Positions 57,001 through 64,000 of a DNA stretch of 64,000 nt are shown here, piece by piece (position 1 is the first letter of the stretch; each line of letters begins with the position of its first letter). The translations under genes were made by a program, and so were the position numbers. The DNA lies in NCBI GenBank assembly GCA_045659365.1, contig JAZOWT010000087.1, forward strand, positions 5 through 64,004, written 5' to 3'. The notes beneath the pieces are model-generated. The model was not told where the DNA came from. It was given only the letters and a program-made list of their open reading frames with translations, and searched no databases. This stretch comes from Eubacteriales bacterium (GTDB taxonomy: Bacteria > Bacillota > Clostridia > Oscillospirales > CAG-272).

Positions 57001-58475
57001 AATATGTCCATCTCATCGATGACCTCACCGTTTTTGATCTTTACCGCGCCTATTTCAATTATCTTACAGGTTCGGTTCGAAAGACCGGTGGTCTCGATAT
57101 CGAATACTACCATCTCGTCTTCAAAGGAGGGATATACCGAGCCGAACATACATCTTGCGGTATCGTTGACGAAATATGCCTCGATGCCGTAGAGCACCTT
57201 AAGATCGGTGTTGCCGGACTTTTCGAGTGCAAGCATTACCTCGGGGAAGGCCTGTACGTTACCGTGGTCGGTGACGGCAATAGCCTTATGTCCCCACTTG
57301 ATAGCCGTATTGATGATCTCGGCAGGAGTGATGAGCGCGTCCATCTGCGACATGTTTGAGTGCAGGTGAAGCTCTACTCTCTTCTCGGGTGCGGTATCCA
57401 AGCGGTCTACCTTTTTAAGAGATTTGATGCCTTTGAATGAAACAAAGGGCTCGTTATCAAACTTGTCGCGTATTACACGGCCGAAGATGGCAACGTGTGC
57501 GCCGGACTTAAACTTCTTTACCCAGTCAAGCTCCTCTGCGGTAAGCGACTTTTTTGCATAGGTAGCGCTTGCGCCATCGGAGATGCCTATGGTAACGGTA
57601 GTTTTATCACCGGTACGTGTTTCCTTTGTTTCGACGGAGAAAACCGTACCAAAGAAGGTTGCGTTGCCGTGTGCATCCTCTATATCGGAGAGGGGTGTGG
57701 GACCGGAAAGGTCAAAGTCCTCACCGTATACCACGTCGGAGGATGCTATGCTATATGTAGTAGCGCCTACCTTAAACTCGGTTTCGCCAACCTTTTCATA
57801 GGTTCCGGTAACGCTTGAAATACCTGATTTTTTATCGAAATCGTAGTGAGGATCGCTCTGACGTGCGGCCTCCTCTCTATCCTTGGCAGCCTGCTCACGA
57901 TCACGGATGAAGTTCTCACGGCTTTGTCTTTCCGCCTCCTCCATACGTCTTTCACGGTCGGCGGCGAGCTTGCTTGCGTGCTGCTCAACGGTGGCGGTAT
58001 CACCGGAGGATATTTTAATATTGCGCTTTATTCCGTATCTGCTTTCGAGTATACGGGAGAGGATAGCCTCGGTGTCTGCATTTTTCACAAAGTCAACACC
58101 GAAAAGGCTGAACGGAAGATACGCGGTAATCGTTTCACCGTCGTCATCATATTCTGCATTTGAGAAGAAGCCGTTGGTCACAGCACCGCAAAGAGCCGCC
58201 TCGGCAGTTATCTCGTCAAAGCGGGAAATATTGAACTCAGATGAGGGAAAATGCGGTATTATCTTGAAGGACTCCGCACCGTAAAACTCGCGGCACTCGT
58301 CCTCAATTTCATATATCAGCTCGGGGTCCTCGTGCTTATCAAAGGTGAGCTGTACCTCTACGCGCATAGGATCCTTTGCATATCTGAATATAGCACTATG
58401 CCCCCGCTCAAGCATAGCACGCTTCTCGGGGGTGGGGTTATATTTTGAAAATACGTCAAAAAATCCTTTTTCCAT
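54063..58475 (-). CDS. polC: DNA polymerase III alpha subunit, PolC type
   Basis: 1470 aa. PHP domain, inserted DEDDh exonuclease (VVFDIETTGL...AHNANFDVGF), zinc-finger motif CPKC...CPVC, and C-terminal polymerase core. Confidence 0.95.
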   Translation of the reverse strand: MEKGFFDVFSKYNPTPEKRAMLERGHSAIFRYAKDPMRVEVQLTFDKHEDPELIYEIEDECREFYGAESFKIIPHFPSSEFNISRFDEITAEAALCGAVTNGFFSNAEYDDDGETITAYLPFSLFGVDFVKNADTEAILSRILESRYGIKRNIKISSGDTATVEQHASKLAADRERRMEEAERQSRENFIRDREQAAKDREEAARQSDPHYDFDKKSGISSVTGTYEKVGETEFKVGATTYSIASSDVVYGEDFDLSGPTPLSDIEDAHGNATFFGTVFSVETKETRTGDKTTVTIGISDGASATYAKKSLTAEELDWVKKFKSGAHVAIFGRVIRDKFDNEPFVSFKGIKSLKKVDRLDTAPEKRVELHLHSNMSQMDALITPAEIINTAIKWGHKAIAVTDHGNVQAFPEVMLALEKSGNTDLKVLYGIEAYFVNDTARCMFGSVYPSFEDEMVVFDIETTGLSNRTCKIIEIGAVKIKNGEVIDEMDIFVDPEMPIPAEITELTSITDDMVAGAPKEREAVEQFLAFAGDRMLIAHNANFDVGFIRVAAERHGLPFTNTFLDTVGLSKFVNPELKNHKLDTIAKHYALEDFHHHRASDDARVLAEIFFVMQSRMRSDGIGTFEEMLEAMSESSDPLKLRPYHMIIFAKTRDGLRNLYKLISFSYLNYYKRFPRIPKSVLEQYREGLIIGSACEAGELFRAILDGRSTQEIEDIASFYDYLEVQPIANNRFLIREGKIADDDGLRALNRQIYELGKKLGKPVCATCDAHFLNKEDEIYRSILLAGMKFSDADESTPIYLRTTDEMLEEFSYLGEDVAREIVIENPNKIADMCDKIRPIPEGRFDPIMPGANEELTESCWNRAHDWYGEKIPEIVEKRLTKELDSIIKHNFAGLYMISVKLVAYSESLGYLVGSRGSVGSSLVATMSGISEVNPLPPHYRCPKCKYSEFFTDGSVGSGFDLPDKACPVCGEPLFPDGQDIPFETFLGFKGDKSPDIDLNFSGDVQGRVHKYTEELFGEGHVFRAGTIGTLADKTAWGYISKYLEERKIKIPKAETAHMVTKLVGIKRTTGQHPGGIIVVPKEYEIYDFTPVQHPADDPNSDIITTHFQFSYLHDTILKLDELGHDMPTKYKMLERYTNTSVLDVKMNDRSVYELFASTAPLGITPADIGGCLLGTYGIPEMGTRFIQQVLLDAQPKTFADLLQISGLTHGTDVWLGNAQELIKQGKATISEVVGTRDGIMLYLIQKGLDDSTSFKIMESVRKGKGLTPDWEKIMIEHGVPDWYIWSCKKIKYMFPKAHAAAYDMSAIRLGWYKIYYPMEFYAAFFTVAPAGFDAEIVGGGYPGVNNAIKDLEEKESKQEASQKDKELLATLYLVREALARGVQFLNVDLKKSDATAFLPENGKIRMPFNSLSGLGDGAAEKIIRARDNYNIYSVEELRERSGISKTVIEVLRRNHVLDGLSETNQFTLF

Positions 58476-58485
58476 CTTTATCCTT

Positions 58486-59568
58486 TCACTTGTCTAAAAG
58501 CTTTATCTCCCTGATAAGCTCGTCCACAAGCTCATTTTCTTTTATTTTTCGTATTATTTCGCCCTTTTTGAAGAGCAATCCCTCGCCCTTTCCACCTGCG
58601 ATTCCTATATCGGCCTCGCGCGCTTCACCGGGCCCGTTTACAACACAGCCCATAAGAGCGACTTTAACGTTCATTTTATCGATGCCCTCTGCCTTGGCGC
58701 GGTTTTCAAACTCCTCGACAAGGTGTATGAGGTCGATCTTCGTTCTGCCGCAGGTGGGACAGGAAACTATATCCATACCCTTTTCCGCATCGAGATCGAG
58801 AGCACGCAAGATTTCACGTGCGGCATATATTTCCTCGGTAGGATCCTCGGTAAGAGAAACTCTGACGGTATCACCGATACCGCGGGAAAGAAGAGATCCT
58901 ATACCGATACTGCTTTTTACAACTGCGCGACGGCGCGCACCTGCCTCGGTAACTCCGAGGTGAATGGGGTATGCGCATTTTTCGGCAATTATAGAGTTCG
59001 CGGCTATCATTGTAGGCACGTCGGATGCCTTTACCGACACTGCGATATCGTAAAAATCGAGGTCCTCAAGTATTGACACGTGATAAAGTGCGCTTTCTGC
59101 AAGCGCCTCTGCCGTCGGAGAGCCGTACTTTTCAAGTATCGATTTCTCGACAGAGCCGGAGTTGACTCCTATACGAATGGGAAGTCCGCGCTCGCGACAG
59201 GCCTTAACGACTGCCTCGGTCTTATCGCGACTGCCGATGTTACCGGGATTTATACGTATCTTGTCAGCACCTGCCTCGATAGCGGCAAGAGCTATTTTAT
59301 AGTCAAAGTGGATGTCCGCTACGAGCGGGATCGTAACTCCCTCTCTTTTAAGCGCGGAAAAGGTAGCCGCCGCATCGATATCCGGAACCGCGAGGCGCAC
59401 TATATCACATCCTGCAGCCTCAAGCGCCCTGATCTGCTTAAGGGTTGCGGCTACGTCGTGCGTATCGGTATTGGTCATCGACTGAACGGTTATAGGAGAG
59501 GTGCCACCGATATTCACACCGCCTACGGTGATCATTCTCGTTTGTCTTCTGAAATCGTTGTATTTCAT
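58486..59568 (-). CDS. ispG: 4-hydroxy-3-methylbut-2-en-1-yl diphosphate synthase
   Basis: Motifs [18 protein letters not shown] and CPTCGRT...[10 protein letters not shown]. Confidence 0.92.
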   Translation of the reverse strand: MKYNDFRRQTRMITVGGVNIGGTSPITVQSMTNTDTHDVAATLKQIRALEAAGCDIVRLAVPDIDAAATFSALKREGVTIPLVADIHFDYKIALAAIEAGADKIRINPGNIGSRDKTEAVVKACRERGLPIRIGVNSGSVEKSILEKYGSPTAEALAESALYHVSILEDLDFYDIAVSVKASDVPTMIAANSIIAEKCAYPIHLGVTEAGARRRAVVKSSIGIGSLLSRGIGDTVRVSLTEDPTEEIYAAREILRALDLDAEKGMDIVSCPTCGRTKIDLIHLVEEFENRAKAEGIDKMNVKVALMGCVVNGPGEAREADIGIAGGKGEGLLFKKGEIIRKIKENELVDELIREIKLLDK

Positions 59569-59578
59569 ACGTCTAACC

Positions 59579-60664
59579 TCAAATTATGAGTTGAATTACG
59601 TCCTTTACCATAACAACAAGCGAAAGGCCGAGCAGGAGCGCAAGGCCGACTGCATTTATAATACCCTCGACCTTGGGAGGAACTCTCTTTTTAGTGATCA
59701 TCTCAAAGAGAACCGTGATAAGTCTGCCACCGTCAAGCGCGGGAATGGGAAGCAGGTTCATAACACCGAGGTTGATGCTTATGAGAGTTACCATGCTGAG
59801 AAGCGAGGCAAAGCCTGCCTGTGCGGCATCACCGATTGCGGACGAGATACCAACGGGGCCGGACACAGCACCAAGAGTGTATCTGCCCGTGATGAGATCG
59901 TAAAGGGACTCCCATACCATACGGACGATAAGACAGGAATTTCTGAACGAATAGGAAAGCACCGAGCCAAGGTTCTTATCTGCGCGCTTTACTCTGAAGT
60001 CGATGGTGCCAAAAAGCTGGCCCTGTGACTCAACAGTAGGAAATACGACATCCTCTATTACCATCTCCTTGCCGTCTCTTATAACGGTAACATCGATGGG
60101 CTCGTATCCCGAGCGCATTATTTCGTAGGTAAGCTCGTCGTATATAGTGATACGCTTATCGCCTATTTTAATGATTTCATCGCCGACACGAATGTCGGAG
60201 TCGGCAACGCTGACCTCGTAGCCAAGCTTATCCTTGAGGAGGGTGCCGTCATCAAGGGCATACGAGCCGATGGTGGTTGAGGGCATGATCGTGATTGCGG
60301 TGACGATTATCATGGCGAGAAAGCCTGCCACAATATTTACTGTTGCACCTGCGGCTGTTATTATAAATCTCTGCCATGCCGGCTTCTTGTCAAAGCGGTT
60401 GGGGTCGTCGATCGGATTCTTTTCATCCTCCTCACCGTTTTCACCCGCCATGGCAACAAAGCCACCGATAGGCAACAGTGCAAGCGAGTAGCGGATGCCG
60501 GTCTTCTTGGACACGCGCGTGAGAATGCGGGGGCCCATGCCGATAGAAAACTCGTTGACCGTTACGTTAAACATACGCGCAGTCGCAAAGTGACCGAGCT
60601 CGTGTATAAATATGAGAAAGCCGAATACAAGTACGGCTATTATTATCGTGGTTGCGGTTGTCAA
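59579..60664 (-). CDS. rseP: RIP metalloprotease RseP (M50 family)
   Basis: HELGHF in the first TM segment, a PDZ-like middle region, and [11 protein letters not shown]. Confidence 0.9.
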   Translation of the reverse strand: MTTATTIIIAVLVFGFLIFIHELGHFATARMFNVTVNEFSIGMGPRILTRVSKKTGIRYSLALLPIGGFVAMAGENGEEDEKNPIDDPNRFDKKPAWQRFIITAAGATVNIVAGFLAMIIVTAITIMPSTTIGSYALDDGTLLKDKLGYEVSVADSDIRVGDEIIKIGDKRITIYDELTYEIMRSGYEPIDVTVIRDGKEMVIEDVVFPTVESQGQLFGTIDFRVKRADKNLGSVLSYSFRNSCLIVRMVWESLYDLITGRYTLGAVSGPVGISSAIGDAAQAGFASLLSMVTLISINLGVMNLLPIPALDGGRLITVLFEMITKKRVPPKVEGIINAVGLALLLGLSLVVMVKDVIQLII

Positions 60665-60677
60665 AATATATCTCCTG

Positions 60678-61829
60678 TTATTTCGCGGTTAATATAAGGT
60701 CTTTTGCTATTATCCTCGCCTCGCGGTCTGCCGCAACAAGCTCGTCAACACTTGACGCGCCTCTGCCGGACATACGCTCATAGGTGTTCATAACAACCTC
60801 TGATATGCCAAGGAAGGAAAGCTTCTCCTCAAGGAATGCGGCAACTGCCACCTCGTCGGCGGCATTGACTATGGCGGGCATTGCTCCACCGTCTGTCATA
60901 GCGCGCTTTGCGAGTGCGAGAAGCGGAAATGCCTCTGTATCCGGTGCACGGAACGTGAGTGCGCCAACAGAGAAAAGATCGAGCTCGTCAGATGAGGTGG
61001 GGCATCTGTCGGGATAATCGACGGCGTACTGAACGCACATGCGCATATCCGGAACGGAGAGCTCACCGATTACGGTATTATCAACATATTCCACTGCGGA
61101 GTGAAGTATGCTTTCGCGGTGGATGAGCACCTGTATTTTATCGGCAGGTGTGCCGAAGAGGTGTGCGGCCTCTATTATTTCAAAGCCCTTATTCATAAGG
61201 GTTGCGGAGTCGACGGTTATCTTTTTGCCCATTTTCCAGGTAGGGTGGGCAAGTGTGTCAGCAAGGGTAACCGATGCAAGCTCCTCCCTGCTCTTACCGA
61301 AGAACGGGCCACCGGATGCGGTGAGGAGAATGCGCTTTATCTCGGACTGCTTGCCGGATTTCAATGACTGGTAGATCGCGGAATGCTCACTGTCAACGGG
61401 GAGTATATCAACACCGCGCTCACGCGCACGCGCCATCACGATATCGCCCGCTATGACAAGCGACTCCTTGTTAGCAAGTGCGAGGCGCTTGCCGGAATCG
61501 ATAACGGCAAGGGTGGGCTTAAGACCTGCCTCGCCTATTATGGAGTTAACTACGACGGAGGCATCGGAGAGAGAGATTCCCCCAAGGACTCCCGCCTCAC
61601 CCGAGAGGACGGTGACGTCGGTATCTGCAAGCGCACATTTAAGAGCGCGTGCCGACTCCTCATCGGCCATGGCAACGTATTTAGGCTTGAATTCACGCGC
61701 AAACGCCTCCATATCCTTGGTAGCGCGGTTGGCACTTATATAATCAACACGGTAGCCACGTGAGCGTGCCACGTCGAGCGCCTGCGTTCCTACTGAGCCT
61801 GTGGCACCGAGAACGGCAATTGTTTTCAT
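60678..61829 (-). CDS. dxr: 1-deoxy-D-xylulose 5-phosphate reductoisomerase
   Basis: Motifs LGATGSVG, LANKESLV, PVDSEHSAI and HPTWKMG. Confidence 0.93.
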   Translation of the reverse strand: MKTIAVLGATGSVGTQALDVARSRGYRVDYISANRATKDMEAFAREFKPKYVAMADEESARALKCALADTDVTVLSGEAGVLGGISLSDASVVVNSIIGEAGLKPTLAVIDSGKRLALANKESLVIAGDIVMARARERGVDILPVDSEHSAIYQSLKSGKQSEIKRILLTASGGPFFGKSREELASVTLADTLAHPTWKMGKKITVDSATLMNKGFEIIEAAHLFGTPADKIQVLIHRESILHSAVEYVDNTVIGELSVPDMRMCVQYAVDYPDRCPTSSDELDLFSVGALTFRAPDTEAFPLLALAKRAMTDGGAMPAIVNAADEVAVAAFLEEKLSFLGISEVVMNTYERMSGRGASSVDELVAADREARIIAKDLILTAK

Positions 61830-61910
61830 AGCTGCCTCCTTCAGGTATAAAATGATGCTGGTAATAGATTTGTAGGGCGACCCGCGAAGTGTAGGCAGGT
61901 CGCCCGGATT

Positions 61911-62741
61911 TTATACAAACGGCGGGAATAACATGCAAATGGCGAAGAGGATAGGTGCTACCGCGAGGGCGGAATCGAACCTGTCAAGCACGCCACCGTG
62001 ACCCGGAAATATAAAGCCGTAATCCTTTACTCCGTGCTCACGCTTGATAAGTGAAGCGACAAGGTCGCCAAATATTGAAACGATAGAAAGGAGAAGTCCG
62101 AGAACGGCAAGGACGATATAATTCGGTCTTACATCGGTAGTAGCAAGCGATACGATTATACCGTAAGCAAGGAATGCGACAACGGTGAAGAACACGCCGC
62201 CGATAGCCCCCTCCCAGGTCTTTTTAGGGCTGATCTCGGGGATCATCTTATGCTTTCCTATTGCACAGCCGACGAAGTATGCAAACACGTCGGACACCCA
62301 GCTTCCGACAAAGATCATCGCGAAGCAGTAAAGTCCGTACGGAAGATATCTTACGAGAGTAATGGCTGTAAAGGAAACGGTGATATAGGTGAACGTGGTA
62401 AAGTGAACGGCAACGTCTGAGAACTTCAAGCTGCCGCGACAAACGACCGCGTAGCCGAAGAAATAGAGCATGAGCGCTACGATAACCACAAGGCCGACAA
62501 ATATAAAGTCGGTTACTCTATCGCTGAAAATGTATGCGAATATCGGTGATGCGAGGCCAACTACATATGCAGGGACAGTAAGAGCGAGGTTTTTGCGAAC
62601 ACCGATAACCCCTGCCATTTCATACAGCGCAAACACTGCAAGAATACCTGCGGCAATCGGATATACGATGTACTGCGAGAAAATGAGGATCGGTATGCCT
62701 ACGATAGCCATCACAATGGCAGTAAGAATTCTGGTCTTCAT
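61911..62741 (-). CDS. cdsA: Phosphatidate cytidylyltransferase
   Basis: Polytopic protein with C-terminal signature SLIKREHGVKDYGFIFPGHGGVLDRFDS. Confidence 0.9.
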   Translation of the reverse strand: MKTRILTAIVMAIVGIPILIFSQYIVYPIAAGILAVFALYEMAGVIGVRKNLALTVPAYVVGLASPIFAYIFSDRVTDFIFVGLVVIVALMLYFFGYAVVCRGSLKFSDVAVHFTTFTYITVSFTAITLVRYLPYGLYCFAMIFVGSWVSDVFAYFVGCAIGKHKMIPEISPKKTWEGAIGGVFFTVVAFLAYGIIVSLATTDVRPNYIVLAVLGLLLSIVSIFGDLVASLIKREHGVKDYGFIFPGHGGVLDRFDSALAVAPILFAICMLFPPFV

Positions 62742-63475
62742 TTCTTATCCCCCTTTCCAAGACCACCAAAGCGACGGTCACGCTTGTAAAACTTGCGCAC
62801 GCACTTCATTATCTGGCGGTCACCGAAATCGGGCCAGAGCGTTTTGAGAACGATGTACTCGGAGTAGGCGCCCTGCCACAAAAGGAAGTTAGACACACGG
62901 AAGTCACCGCCCGTTCTGATGATCATATCGGGGTCGGGGCTCTTCGAGGTGTACATATACTTTGAGAGTATCTCCTCGGTCAGGACGGTATGTCCGTCGG
63001 CATAAGCAGAGTTTGCGGCATGGACGATCTCGTCGCGACCACCGTAGTTGAGCGCAACGTTACAGGTAAACTCGCGATCTCCTGCCATATTCTCCACCTC
63101 ATAGCACTTGGAGCGCAAAGGCTCGGGGAGCTTATCCTTATCACCGAGGAATTTCATACAGAAGCAGGGATCCTTTTTGATCTTTTCGATAACGACCTCG
63201 TCAAGATACCTGTATATGAGCTTCATGAGTCCGTCGACCTCCTCCTGAGGACGCTTCCAGTTCTCAGTTGAGAATACATAGACGGTCACGTGGTGGACAC
63301 CGATACGACGGAAGGTTTCAAGGATAGGCTCAATTCTTTTTGCGCCTGCTATATGTCCCTCGGAGCGAATAAGACCGCGCTTGGTCGCCCAACGTCCGTT
63401 ACCGTCACATATGATAGCGACAGAGTTGAGGCGGTCATCGGTCATTATATCCTTGGTTTTTCTAAAAAAAGACAA
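62738..63475 (-). CDS. uppS: Isoprenyl transferase (undecaprenyl diphosphate synthase)
   Basis: Motifs IICDGNGRWA, FSTENWKRP and RTGG..R.SNFLLWQ. TTG start at 63475 follows AGAGGGA; an alternative ATG lies at 63445. Confidence 0.9.
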   Translation of the reverse strand: MSFFRKTKDIMTDDRLNSVAIICDGNGRWATKRGLIRSEGHIAGAKRIEPILETFRRIGVHHVTVYVFSTENWKRPQEEVDGLMKLIYRYLDEVVIEKIKKDPCFCMKFLGDKDKLPEPLRSKCYEVENMAGDREFTCNVALNYGGRDEIVHAANSAYADGHTVLTEEILSKYMYTSKSPDPDMIIRTGGDFRVSNFLLWQGAYSEYIVLKTLWPDFGDRQIMKCVRKFYKRDRRFGGLGKGDKK

Positions 63476-63499
63476 TTTATTTCCCTCTTTTGAAGAATA

Positions 63500-64000
63500 T
63501 TAGATCTCCATGATCTCCTTGGTCTTGCTTGCAGTGATGGTGTCGATTTCCTTGATGTACTTGTCGGTAAGATCCTGGATAAGCTTATCGGACTGCTTTG
63601 CCTCGTCCTCGGTCATCTCGGAATCCTTCTTCATAGCCTTGATCTTATCGTTTGCATCACGGCGGATGTTACGAACTGCAACCTTGGAATCCTCACCCAT
63701 CTTGGAGATCTGCTTGGAAAGGTCGCGGCGGCGCTCCTCGGTGGTGGGGGGGAAGGAGAGGCGGATCGCAGATCCGTCATTCTGGGGGTTGATGCCAAGG
63801 TTGGAGGTGAGAATAGCCTTCTCAATTCCCTTCATTGCCGACTTATCCCAAGCGGTGATAACGATGGTACGTGCATCGGCAACCTTGATCTCTGCAATAG
63901 AGGATATAGGAGTGGGCGAGCCGTAATAATCAACGTTGATTCTCTTAAGAACGTCGGGGTTTGCTCTGCCCGCTCTGATGGTGGAGAGGTTCTCGTTGTA
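63500..64000 (-). CDS. frr: Ribosome recycling factor; 5' end lies outside the window
   Basis: The frame stays open upstream of the track's Met. Translation reads ...STIRAGRANPDVLKRINVDYYGSPTPISSIAEIKV...EERRRDL.K. Confidence 0.9.
   Translation of the reverse strand, partial: YNENLSTIRAGRANPDVLKRINVDYYGSPTPISSIAEIKVADARTIVITAWDKSAMKGIEKAILTSNLGINPQNDGSAIRLSFPPTTEERRRDLSKQISKMGEDSKVAVRNIRRDANDKIKAMKKDSEMTEDEAKQSDKLIQDLTDKYIKEIDTITASKTKEIMEI

Noticed and set aside
61875-61905. 8-bp GC-rich stem-loop (GGGCGACC…GGTCGCCC) in the 81-nt cdsA-dxr gap
   Set aside because: No U-tract follows it on the minus strand, so it is not a convincing intrinsic terminator. It is more likely an mRNA-stabilising or processing hairpin within the conserved uppS-cdsA-dxr operon.
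1-64000. Scan for CRISPR arrays, tRNA/rRNA genes, IS elements or transposases, integrases, toxin-antitoxin pairs and known defence-system hallmarks
   Set aside because: I noticed no regularly spaced direct repeats, no cloverleaf-like or rRNA-like segments in the intergenic regions, and no transposase, integrase or recombinase-like ORFs. Every ORF over 60 aa that is not antisense noise is accounted for above. This eye scan cannot exclude small ncRNAs.

Overview
A 64-kb chromosomal window from a Gram-positive anaerobe. It looks like a Clostridia/Oscillospirales-type genome, judging by PolC, a multimeric [FeFe] hydrogenase, an SLH-anchored protein, Ddh and AGGAGG-type RBSs. I count about 55 real CDS. 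I found no rRNA, tRNA, CRISPR array, IS element, integrase or prophage signature. Core blocks: hydB-hydA (1-2531), pyk (8265-9680), dapB-ddh (12526-14272), nifS-nifU-mnmA (45085-47738), and the conserved frr-uppS-cdsA-dxr-rseP-ispG-polC block (54063-64000). Accessory blocks: a cytoplasmic heparinase-like/HD/GH20 operon (2662-6696), an operon of LRR surface protein, HprK-like P-loop protein, BY-kinase and nuclease-like protein (15392-21386), an SLH protein, and a CUT2 sugar ABC importer (26740-30429). The main candidate for an undescribed system is a 13-kb, seven-gene minus-strand operon (31484-44611). It encodes a 1148-aa solute-binding protein, two complete ABC permease pairs, a 724-aa NHL-propeller/TPR/Yip1 membrane fusion and a 1197-aa extracytoplasmic protein of unknown function. 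It has no ATPase, no regulator and no recognisable carbohydrate-active enzyme. Other items worth a second look: an unannotated 48-codon ORF behind a consensus promoter that overlaps the rluA-family start, a Cys-to-Ser change in the HydA H-cluster L1 motif, and a coupled trio of small ORFs next to polC. All family assignments come from motif recognition by eye; no database search was possible.
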